From IMG/VR virus record IMGVR_UViG_3300045988_096244: a DNA stretch of 64,000 nt. One strand, 5' to 3'. Position numbers and translations under genes: made by a program. Position 1 is the first letter of the stretch, and each line of letters starts with the position of its first letter. Shown piece after piece: positions 36,414 to 44,743 of the stretch. The notes beneath the pieces are model-generated. The model was not told where the DNA came from, did not search any database, and worked only from the letters and a program-made list of their open reading frames with translations. Source of the DNA: a virus.

Positions 36414-37445
36414 GCAAAAGGTATTTGAAGATAAATCTACTAGGGGTCCAAGGAGAAAATTAAAGCTAATAATAGAGGATGGTAAAAGGTATATAAAGAA
36501 AGAAGATCTTTTACATTACTTCTTTCAAGAGAATTGGAATATAGAAGACTTCAATTATCATTTTGGTATTGGCCATAGAATAGTGAGAGGTTCTCTATAT
36601 AAATGGTTTACTAGAGAGGAGATAGAGGAATCCCATAGAAAGAAGATTGCTAATAAACAAAGGGGTAGTAACAATTCTAATAGGGTTAATTGGTATAAGC
36701 CTCGTAAGCTTATACCTTTATTGGATTTAGAGGAAGCTATTAAAAAATCTACTTGTAAACGGGATTTGAAAGAAAGATTACAATTAACTACTTGGGAATT
36801 GTCTTCTATACAGCAATTCTATAATTTTAAGCTCCCTAATAAATCTTCTTTACTCAATACTAAACTCCAGTATTCTCTTTCTAAAGAAGATGTAAAACTC
36901 TTATGTAAAGTTATTACAGGAATGCAATTGGAAGACCTATTTTTCTCTAATACTCCTCAAGCTATCTACAAAATAGATTGTCTTGTTTGGGAACTTAAGA
37001 AGATTAACCGCTCTCTTAGAAGAGCTTTTAGGAAACCTATAGTAGCTCAGGGTATTAAGTTTTCTACTAATTTGATAGAATATAAATTCCACAAAGCTTT
37101 AGAAAAAATGGGTATAGAACATGAAATACAGTATTACATACCCGAACATAATATACACCTAGACTTTTTAATACAAGGTCACTACAACTTAGAATTAGAT
37201 GGAAATTTACATGAAAAAGAAGCAGATATGGATAGAGACTATGTTCTCAAATCCCTTGGCTATAAAGTTATACGATTAGATTTAAAAACCCTTGGTATCA
37301 CTAGATTTTCAAAAGAAAAGGAGGTAAGAAAATGTATAAAGAAGTTGGTATTACCCAAGTTAAATTCGTAGGTAGAAATGGGGTATATGATTTATCAGTT
37401 ATGAACTGTCATCAATTTGTGGCTAATAATATCTTAAATCACAAT
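36099..37445 (+). mobile_element. split intein (IntN 36099-36410, IntC 37332-37445) with an embedded free-standing homing endonuclease gene
   Basis: Cys1 codon tgc 36099-36101; IntC ends ..NNILHN, then Ser+1 at 37446. Removing it restores TTSGRLS-SSEPNLQQIP. Confidence 0.8.
36391..37371 (+). CDS. free-standing homing endonuclease, Vsr/DUF559-like PD-(D/E)XK C-terminal domain
   Basis: Different frame from both pol halves and overlaps both; very AT-rich; EHEIQYYIPEHNIHLDFLIQGHYNLELDGNLHEKEADMDRDYVLKSLGYKVIRL. Confidence 0.7.
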   Translation: MSQTTNNRQKVFEDKSTRGPRRKLKLIIEDGKRYIKKEDLLHYFFQENWNIEDFNYHFGIGHRIVRGSLYKWFTREEIEESHRKKIANKQRGSNNSNRVNWYKPRKLIPLLDLEEAIKKSTCKRDLKERLQLTTWELSSIQQFYNFKLPNKSSLLNTKLQYSLSKEDVKLLCKVITGMQLEDLFFSNTPQAIYKIDCLVWELKKINRSLRRAFRKPIVAQGIKFSTNLIEYKFHKALEKMGIEHEIQYYIPEHNIHLDFLIQGHYNLELDGNLHEKEADMDRDYVLKSLGYKVIRLDLKTLGITRFSKEKEVRKCIKKLVLPKLNS

Positions 37446-38480
37446 TCTAGTGAACCTAACCTTCAGCAAATACCTAAAACCTCCGTAGATGCTAACATAA
37501 AGAAACAGTTAGTAGCTCCTAAAGGAAAGTTATATATGGCACTTGACTACTCTCAGGCAGAGTTAAGAATCATGGCTCACCTTTCCGGGGATGAAACTTA
37601 TCTCGAGGCTTTTGCAAAGGGTCAGGACCCTCACCTTGCTATTGCAGCAAAGAAGTATGGTGTATCGTACGATGAAGCAAACCAAGCTTATAGTGACGAG
37701 CAACATCCAGATTACAAGGTTTGGAAGAACAGGAGAAAGCAGGCAAAGCAGATATGTTTTGGTATTATCTATGGTATTCAAAAGAAACTACTTGCAGTTA
37801 AACTGTCTGACCCAAAAGCGGGTATCATTGTAACACCCGATGAAGCTCAACAGCAATTGAATGAGTTCTTCCAGGAACACCCCAAGATTAAGAAGTTCAT
37901 GATTAACCAGGAGAAGGTACTGATTGAGCATGGATATATTAAATCTCTGTTTGGTAGGAAGAGAAGGTTACCACAAGTATATTCTGACAATGAGCAAGAG
38001 GCAGCATACGCAGTAAGATTATCAGTTAACATGCCATGTCAATCAGCTGCATCTGATATGACTCTGTTTGCATCCATACTCAATTATTGGAAAATACGAC
38101 AAGGTATACTTCCACCACTGCTTGAAACCTGTACAGTACATGATGCCGTTTATTACTTGGCAGACCCTGAGTATATAAATATATTCACGGTGTACAATAT
38201 ATGGGAGACTTGCCGTAACCCAAGTACAAAAGAGTATTTCAAATTTGAAATCAACGATGTAGATATGTCAATGGACTTTACTATCGGACGTTCGATGGCT
38301 GAGGAGTTGCCATATATACCTGGATATGACTATAGAAAAATGCTTCAACCCGATTTTAATGTGGAGAAGTATTTGGAAGAACACCGTAAGTGGAAAGACT
38401 TATCCATCAAGGAGTTCCCCAAGAAGTTCCCCGAATACTTTAAGAAGGATTACTCATGGAGAAAGGAAAAGGTGGTATAG
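37332..38480 (+). CDS. polA: C-terminal split-intein fragment fused to the DNA polymerase I C-terminal part (motifs A, B, C)
   Basis: MYKEVGITQVKF..VYDLSV..HQFVANNILNHN|SSEPNLQQIP; LDYSQAELRIMAH (A), RRKQAKQICFGIIYG (B), TVHDAV (C). Confidence 0.85.
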   Translation: MYKEVGITQVKFVGRNGVYDLSVMNCHQFVANNILNHNSSEPNLQQIPKTSVDANIKKQLVAPKGKLYMALDYSQAELRIMAHLSGDETYLEAFAKGQDPHLAIAAKKYGVSYDEANQAYSDEQHPDYKVWKNRRKQAKQICFGIIYGIQKKLLAVKLSDPKAGIIVTPDEAQQQLNEFFQEHPKIKKFMINQEKVLIEHGYIKSLFGRKRRLPQVYSDNEQEAAYAVRLSVNMPCQSAASDMTLFASILNYWKIRQGILPPLLETCTVHDAVYYLADPEYINIFTVYNIWETCRNPSTKEYFKFEINDVDMSMDFTIGRSMAEELPYIPGYDYRKMLQPDFNVEKYLEEHRKWKDLSIKEFPKKFPEYFKKDYSWRKEKVV

Positions 38481-38917
38481 TACGTCTATCCCAGATTAAG
38501 AAAAATACTCTGAAGATTCTGTTTCAAGGTAAAACCTATGAGATTGATTTAGACCAGGAACTCATGATTGATGAGAACCTGGTCAATCAGTCTTTACGTA
38601 GAAGTCCATCCAATTACGCTTTATTGGTAATGGTAAGGGATAGGCTTATATATAAAAGGGATAAACTTGAAAAGGCCAAGGACCAAGCTTATAGCAAGGC
38701 ATGGCTTTACTACAAGGAGTCAGGTAACATCAACAACGATGCTGCAGCACATAAAGCTGAAAATAACCAAGCCTATCAAGGGGCTTTGAAAAGGTATATG
38801 AAGGCTGAGTATAATGCAAGTAAGTTTATAAGCATCTGCAAAGCCTATGAATCAAGGGAAAATATATTAAGAACCATAAGTGCGAACATAAGGGTACAAG
38901 ATGGATTTAAGAGATAA
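38456..38917 (+). CDS. hypothetical protein
   Basis: 153-aa ORF overlapping the pol stop. Confidence 0.5.
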   Translation: MEKGKGGIVRLSQIKKNTLKILFQGKTYEIDLDQELMIDENLVNQSLRRSPSNYALLVMVRDRLIYKRDKLEKAKDQAYSKAWLYYKESGNINNDAAAHKAENNQAYQGALKRYMKAEYNASKFISICKAYESRENILRTISANIRVQDGFKR

Positions 38918-39441
38918 CCATCCCTATTTAATAGGGTATCATATTTCTAATGTAGGTAAAATATACAGTAGAGTAAAGGGTTATTGGAGAGAATTAACTC
39001 CTCGTATCAATAGAGAGGGATATCTTAGGATAAAATTAAATGGTAAGCAATACTCAATACATAAATTAGTTGCTGAAGCTTATATACCTAATTCGGAAAA
39101 TAAGCCCCTGTGTATGTCATAAGGATAACAATAAGCTAAACAATTCGGTTGATAACTTGTATTGGGGAACACAAAAGGAGAACTTAGAACAAATGATTAA
39201 AGACGGTAGGAGTTTGAAAGGTAGAAGAAACCCTATGTGGAAAAATCATTATAATTCTGGTTATGGTAGATATGGAGAAAAAGCAACAGCTAGTAAACTA
39301 TCAAACAAAGATAGAATAAGTATAGTTAAAAGTCTAAACTCGGGTATAAGTATAGATACTTTATCCAAAAGATACAAAGTATCAAGAGCCTGTATTAGAA
39401 GTCAAATAAGAATAGTGTCAAACTTACGTAAACAACAATAA
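38901..39441 (+). pseudogene. HNH homing endonuclease (NUMOD4/HNH_3/HTH) disrupted by a +1 frameshift in a C-run
   Basis: ORFs 38901..39122 and 39070..39441 are the two halves. aagCCCCtgtgtatgtcataaggataac (C4 at 39105-39108) versus aagCCCtgtgtatgtcataaggataac in the intact copy near 23875. Confidence 0.75.
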
Positions 39442-39443
39442 TT

Positions 39444-39818
39444 ATGTCAAAAGTAGAATTAAACCTTATCTCGGTAGAAGAAGCAAGGTATTTGAACAGT
39501 AAACTTGAGGGATATGGAACACCCACGGGAGGCAGGGTACTGATAGTATCACCGATTGTAACGGCTGATACAAAAACTAAAGGTGGACTCTATATCCCTC
39601 AGGAACACGATAAAGAAACCGTTCCCCGTAAAGGAGTAGTGATTCAAATGAGTTACATGACTCCCGAACAGGAAATAGATTATCCAGGTCTTCAGGTAGG
39701 TGCTGTGGTTACATACGGATTATATGCCGGCAAAGAGCTAGACGTAGTAGACCTTCCTAACCAGGTAACAACTATATTATCTCTGAATGAGATACTTTAC
39801 ATAGAAACCAATAAATAA
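39444..39818 (+). CDS. GroES-like co-chaperonin (Cpn10 fold)
   Basis: GRVLIVSPIVTADTKTKGGLYIPQ....RKGVVIQMS....LQVGAVVTYGLYAGKEL......ILSLNEILYIE follows the Cpn10 pattern. Confidence 0.65.
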   Translation: MSKVELNLISVEEARYLNSKLEGYGTPTGGRVLIVSPIVTADTKTKGGLYIPQEHDKETVPRKGVVIQMSYMTPEQEIDYPGLQVGAVVTYGLYAGKELDVVDLPNQVTTILSLNEILYIETNK

Positions 39819-39822
39819 AGCC

Positions 39823-40608
39823 ATGAAAGAAGAGAAAAAAAAGAAAAAAGGTAGTGTAATGACTACTCGGGAAAAGATGCTTGCCAGGAAAAAGGAACTG
39901 GAAAAGCGAAGCAGTGGTGGAGGTATTATCTACCCGAAAGAGGGAACTACACGAGTACGTATCAAATCTCGTGGTGCAGATGAAGAGCTGGGTATAGAAA
40001 TTGTACAGTTCTACCTGGGACCGAAAGAGGGAGGTATCATTTCTCCGGCCACTTTCGACGAACCATGTCCTTTCATGGAGAAGTTCCAGGAGCTCAAGAA
40101 CTCAGATGACCCAGATGACAAGGCACTGGCATCGAAGTTGGTACCGAAGAGAAAGTATCTCATAGGGGTACTCGGTTACAAAGATACCAAGGGTAAGGAG
40201 ATTGACCCTGACAGGGTTGACAAACCCATGATGGTACCACGCTCTGTATATCAGGATATTATCGACCTTTATCTCGACGAAGAGGATTGGGGCGATATGA
40301 CTGACCCAATCGAAGGATACGATGTCAAGATTACCCGTACCGGCTCTGGTAAGAATGATACCAGTTATTCTGTATCACCTTGCCAGAAAACCAAGCTGGA
40401 CAAGAAGTATCAGGGAGAGGTCGACCTGGAGAAAGCAATCCGTGCAAACATTCTTTCCTATGAGGAGCTCGAGGAGAAGCTGGCTTCATTCCTTAACGAA
40501 GATAGGGATGACGATGAAGAGGATGAAGCTCCCCGCAAGAAATCTTCCAAAAGCAAGCTAGCGGACAAGAAGGAGAAAAAGAGAAAGAAATATAAGGGTG
40601 ATATCTAA
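39823..40608 (+). CDS. ssDNA-binding protein, T4 gp32-like architecture with acidic C-terminus
   Basis: Basic N-terminus, core (TRVRIKS..QFYLGP..EPCPFMEKF..KRKYLIGVLGY..GYDVKITRTGSGKNDTSYSVS), tail NEDRDDDEEDE; next to the recombinase; high-expression codons. Confidence 0.5.
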   Translation: MKEEKKKKKGSVMTTREKMLARKKELEKRSSGGGIIYPKEGTTRVRIKSRGADEELGIEIVQFYLGPKEGGIISPATFDEPCPFMEKFQELKNSDDPDDKALASKLVPKRKYLIGVLGYKDTKGKEIDPDRVDKPMMVPRSVYQDIIDLYLDEEDWGDMTDPIEGYDVKITRTGSGKNDTSYSVSPCQKTKLDKKYQGEVDLEKAIRANILSYEELEEKLASFLNEDRDDDEEDEAPRKKSSKSKLADKKEKKRKKYKGDI

Positions 40609-40634
40609 AATCTCTGGATATATACCTAAAGCAG

Positions 40635-40666
40635 GAGTGAGGTATAGTTATACCCCACTCTTTTCA
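40635..40666 (+). terminator. rho-independent terminator
   Basis: gagtgaggtata / tataccccactc (one mismatch) followed by ttttcat. Confidence 0.6.
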
Positions 40667-40683
40667 TATAATAAATAATAATT

Positions 40684-41874
40684 ATGGCACGAAAGGCAAG
40701 AGCTCCTAAAAAATCCGGAGGTCATAAATTCAAAATACCAACACAAAACGAGATACTCAAGAAATATGGGTCATCTCTCCAATTCAAAGCCAGTACCATA
40801 AATCATCACGGGTTATGGATTCCTTCAACCTTCTTTGCTCTCAATTATCAGATGGGTGGTGGTGTACCATTCGGAAAGATAATCGAAATAATGGGAGAGG
40901 AATCATCGGGTAAATCTCTGATAGCATATAACTTTGCGTATGCAACTCAGCAACTCGGGGGTCATGTAATCTGGGTGGATGCAGAACAAGCTTGGATGAA
41001 CTCATGGGCTGAAGAGAATGGTCTGGACCCTGAAAGGGTAACAGTACTGAACGACACCCGAATAGAAACCATATCTGATGCTATAGCAGACTTGGCAATC
41101 TATTGGAGGTCAAAACTCACTAACAACGAACCTATTATCGTTGTGATAGACTCTATAGCAGCCTTGGATTCAATAGAAGCCATAGATGCAAAGATGGCTG
41201 ACGGTAAAGCCGAAATGGGTAACCGAGCAAAACAGATATACAAGATGTTCCGAATCAGGAATGAACTGTTCTATCGGTTGGGAGTAACTATGGTATGTAT
41301 CAACCAATTACGTAGTAAACTGGGAGCAGGCTTCGGTCAAGATACAAGTACTACTCCCGGAGGTGCAGCACTCAAGTTCTATGCTTCAATACGGTTGGCT
41401 TTCTATTCGGGTAAGACTCTGAAGATTAAGTATAAGGGTAAAGAAAGACGGGCAGGTAAATATGTAACTGTCCAAATGAAAAAGAATAAGGTATCTCCCC
41501 CAAGAGAAACCATATCTAAGGCCCCTATATATTTCAATCCAAAATATCACGAGGTAGGGTTTGACAGATATTTCTGGTTGGAAGAGTCACTGGAAGATGC
41601 GGGTGTAATTGAAAAACTCGGTGGTGGAACATATATGTTCGAGGGGAGTAAGTTATGCCGAGGAGAAGATGCCTTCCACAAGTTGATTGAAGAGGATGCT
41701 GAACTTCGAAAGAAACTTCTTAAGGCTGCAGGTATAAATACTATAGGAACAACAAAACGCAAGATAAAGAAGATTGCACGAAACATGTTCCCTGTTGATG
41801 CAGACTTAGACTATGAATCTCAAATAGAATCTGATGATACAGAAGAAGACGAATACATCCCGGACGAGGGGTAG
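40684..41874 (+). CDS. RecA/UvsX-family recombinase
   Basis: GGGVPFGKIIEIMGEESSGKSL (Walker A), IIVVIDSIAAL (Walker B), CINQLR; acidic C-terminus. Confidence 0.85.
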   Translation: MARKARAPKKSGGHKFKIPTQNEILKKYGSSLQFKASTINHHGLWIPSTFFALNYQMGGGVPFGKIIEIMGEESSGKSLIAYNFAYATQQLGGHVIWVDAEQAWMNSWAEENGLDPERVTVLNDTRIETISDAIADLAIYWRSKLTNNEPIIVVIDSIAALDSIEAIDAKMADGKAEMGNRAKQIYKMFRIRNELFYRLGVTMVCINQLRSKLGAGFGQDTSTTPGGAALKFYASIRLAFYSGKTLKIKYKGKERRAGKYVTVQMKKNKVSPPRETISKAPIYFNPKYHEVGFDRYFWLEESLEDAGVIEKLGGGTYMFEGSKLCRGEDAFHKLIEEDAELRKKLLKAAGINTIGTTKRKIKKIARNMFPVDADLDYESQIESDDTEEDEYIPDEG

Positions 41875-41884
41875 AAAGCCGAGG

Positions 41885-42784
41885 ATGCTTATGGTAGTGG
41901 ACGGGAGTAACCTTGCTCACCGTTCATACCATAAGTTTAAGAATCTTAAAGCTAATAACGGAGCTGGTACCGGATTAGTATATGGATTCTTAAGAATACT
42001 CGGTTCATACCTTGTAAGGTTTAAACCAAGTCACGTGGTAATAACATTTGACACTCAGAAGAGTAAAGAGTCTAACTTCCGTAATGAATTACTTGAAGGT
42101 TACAAAGCTCACCGGAGTAAGATAAGTATGGATTATGAAGACTTCAATAAACAGTTAGCTCTGTTGAGAAGGATTTTAAGACTACTCGGGGTTCAGATGA
42201 TTCTAGATAAGAAAGGGTTAGGACATGAATCAGATGACTACATTGCCTGGCTGGCTATAAACCATCCTGGTAAATCTCTCATAATATCTTCAGATAAGGA
42301 CTTCTGTCAATTACTTGACAAACGAGTGAAGATATTCAATCCCAACAAAGAGACACTAATCCACAATCAAACCTGCAAGGAGATTATGGGTTATTCTGCT
42401 GAGGAATGCGTTGATTACCTAATACTTAACGGAGATAAGTCTGATGATATCCCGGGTTACTACGGTATGGGTGAAGTGAAGACCAAAGCTTTCCTGAACC
42501 AATTCGGGAGTATAGCTGACTTCATAGATGCAAGAGGAGCAGAGTTTAAGGGCATAGAAAGGGACCAGCTAGAAGAGTTATATAAGAAGAACAAGCCTCT
42601 TATAGATTTGAAAGCTGCTTTAACTCTATACCCGATAAAGAAAGTCCCTTGGGTAAAAGGATGTACTAATAATATAAGGAAAGATAGGTTATTCATGGTC
42701 CTCGATAAGTTCAATCTGAGGTCATTCAAGATACCTGACTTTTTGGAACCTTTCAAAAAACTACAAACGTATGTACAACGGTAA
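41885..42784 (+). CDS. 5'-3' exonuclease / flap endonuclease (T4 RNase H / PolI N-domain family)
   Basis: MLMVVDGSNLAHRSYH, VVITFD, YKAHR, IISSDKDFCQLL, GDKSDDIPGYYGMGEVKTKAFL; start moved to ATG 41885 after the recA stop. Confidence 0.8.
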   Translation: MLMVVDGSNLAHRSYHKFKNLKANNGAGTGLVYGFLRILGSYLVRFKPSHVVITFDTQKSKESNFRNELLEGYKAHRSKISMDYEDFNKQLALLRRILRLLGVQMILDKKGLGHESDDYIAWLAINHPGKSLIISSDKDFCQLLDKRVKIFNPNKETLIHNQTCKEIMGYSAEECVDYLILNGDKSDDIPGYYGMGEVKTKAFLNQFGSIADFIDARGAEFKGIERDQLEELYKKNKPLIDLKAALTLYPIKKVPWVKGCTNNIRKDRLFMVLDKFNLRSFKIPDFLEPFKKLQTYVQR

Positions 42785-43430
42785 ATATCAAATTATGTTT
42801 ACAGGTGTTTCCGGAGTAGGGAAAACAACCATTGCAAAGGAAGTATCGGAAATGTTGAAGATACCCTTTATATCTGGTTCATACTCTGACCTGGTACCAG
42901 AAACAAAAGACATGCCCCACGCTGACATGATTCAGCAGGATGCAAAGACAGTATTCATGCAGGATATGCAGGTACTCAATCTTCGTAACAAAGCCTTTCG
43001 AGGGGAGGATAACTTTGTAACTGACAGGTCATACTTTGACTCTGCAGCATACTTCATCAATAAGTTATCTCATAGGTTGGCAGAGTGTGACCTGGACCAT
43101 GCTATAGACTTATGCAAAATGCTACTTGGTCAACAGTGTACTCACTTGATATTCATACCATTCTCCTCAAGCTTTTTCAAGGACTGGGTAACCGAGGATA
43201 ACGGGAAACGAGTACTGTCAAAGTACTATCAGTTCCAAGTTTCTCAGGTTATGTATGGATTACTTGACCTGTGGGGGTACAAGCCAGATTCCAAAGTAAT
43301 GCAAGTCGTGGATGGAATACCAAGTACTGGTACTCTGGAAATAATGGGTTACAAGGTAAAGGTTCTCATATTAGATGAGATGAACTACGAAAAGAGAAAG
43401 CATCTAATAAGGAAATTTCTTCAGTTATGA
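42771..43430 (+). CDS. P-loop kinase (dNMP / nucleoside-kinase-like)
   Basis: IMFTGVSGVGKTTIAKEV Walker A near the N-terminus; 219 aa, kinase-sized. Confidence 0.45.
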   Translation: MYNGKYQIMFTGVSGVGKTTIAKEVSEMLKIPFISGSYSDLVPETKDMPHADMIQQDAKTVFMQDMQVLNLRNKAFRGEDNFVTDRSYFDSAAYFINKLSHRLAECDLDHAIDLCKMLLGQQCTHLIFIPFSSSFFKDWVTEDNGKRVLSKYYQFQVSQVMYGLLDLWGYKPDSKVMQVVDGIPSTGTLEIMGYKVKVLILDEMNYEKRKHLIRKFLQL

Positions 43431-44743
43431 AGGTAGATAAGGTGGATAATATTAAAGACTTCCCGGGATATTATATTTCTCGGGAAGGTTTTTTATATAG
43501 TAGGTATGATAAGGTAGGCCGTTTAACAGACACTTATAAGAGAAATAAGACATATGTAAGGTCTAACGGTTATGTACAAGTGGTATTGAAAATACGAAAG
43601 GAGAATAGATTACGTAGAGTATATATACATAGGTTAGTAGCTGAAACTTATATCCCTAATCCATATAATAATCCCTGTGTAGGACATAGGGATAATAATA
43701 GAGAGAATAACTCTGTAGAGAACCTATATTGGTGTACTCATAAGGAGAATACTCAACAGTGTATAGATGACGGTCGTATGAACTTTAGGCCTAAACTACA
43801 ATTCTTATTATTTTCAGACTTACACATATCAGACTATAAGAAGTTTCCAAGTAGAGAGCATAGTGGATTTAGAGTATTGGATATTATATCTCAACGATGT
43901 GAAAAGCTTGGAGTACCCGCAGTACATGTGGGTGATTTGATACATAGACCTGAGGTTATAAGCAATGAGTTATTGTACAGGTTAATAAAAGAGTTTAATC
44001 AATTATCTCATCGTAAGTGGAAATTATATTCTATATCGGGTAATCATTGTATAAGTACTCGTAGTGAAATAGGCCATAAACCAATTTCATGGGATAGAAC
44101 TTTATCTATGATATACCCATGGTTTAAGTGTATAGATTACAAAAGAGTTCATGTAGATAAATGTTATATATATGGAATACCTTATATAGACCATAATATA
44201 GGTTTATCTAAATACATATCAGAACTAAAGCTTACTGGCAGTAAAAGAAGTAAACACATACTCCTATTACATACTGACTATCCTGGGGCAAAGGATACGG
44301 ACGGTACAGTAGTAAACAGTGTAGAGAACCTGAATATAAATTCTATATCAAAGTTTGACTTAACTCTTTGTGGGCATATACACAAACCCCAGAGGTTAGG
44401 TAAGAAGGTGTATATGGTAGGTTCACCATATCAACAACGTAGAACTGATAAGAATTGTGAATTGGGCTACTGGGAAGTATACTCAGATATGTCACTTAAA
44501 TTTATACCGTTAAATGATTTTCCTAAATTTGTGGATGTATCATCAGAGGATGAAATTAAAGATGACGGCAATTATTATACTGTTGTTGCTAGCAAGTCTC
44601 GGGTTGTGGCGGTGGAAGATACCCCGCAAATAACTCGGGAACTTACTAAGAAATCCATGGTACGCAGATATATGAAAGCCAAAGGCATAAAAGACAAAGA
44701 AAAGAAGGCCACATTATTAAAGGTAATAAAGGAGGCAGAATGA
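43427..44743 (+). CDS. sbcD: HNH endonuclease domain fused in frame to an SbcD/Mre11 (gp47-like) nuclease
   Basis: aa 1-117 are NUMOD4/HNH (FPGYYISREGFLYS..HRLVAETYIPNPYNNPCVGHRDNNRENNSVENLYWCTHKEN). From M118 (ATG 43778): MNFRPKLQFLLFSDLHISDY, HVGDLIH, SGNHC, LLLHTD, CGHIH phosphoesterase motifs. Confidence 0.75.
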   Translation: MKVDKVDNIKDFPGYYISREGFLYSRYDKVGRLTDTYKRNKTYVRSNGYVQVVLKIRKENRLRRVYIHRLVAETYIPNPYNNPCVGHRDNNRENNSVENLYWCTHKENTQQCIDDGRMNFRPKLQFLLFSDLHISDYKKFPSREHSGFRVLDIISQRCEKLGVPAVHVGDLIHRPEVISNELLYRLIKEFNQLSHRKWKLYSISGNHCISTRSEIGHKPISWDRTLSMIYPWFKCIDYKRVHVDKCYIYGIPYIDHNIGLSKYISELKLTGSKRSKHILLLHTDYPGAKDTDGTVVNSVENLNINSISKFDLTLCGHIHKPQRLGKKVYMVGSPYQQRRTDKNCELGYWEVYSDMSLKFIPLNDFPKFVDVSSEDEIKDDGNYYTVVASKSRVVAVEDTPQITRELTKKSMVRRYMKAKGIKDKEKKATLLKVIKEAE

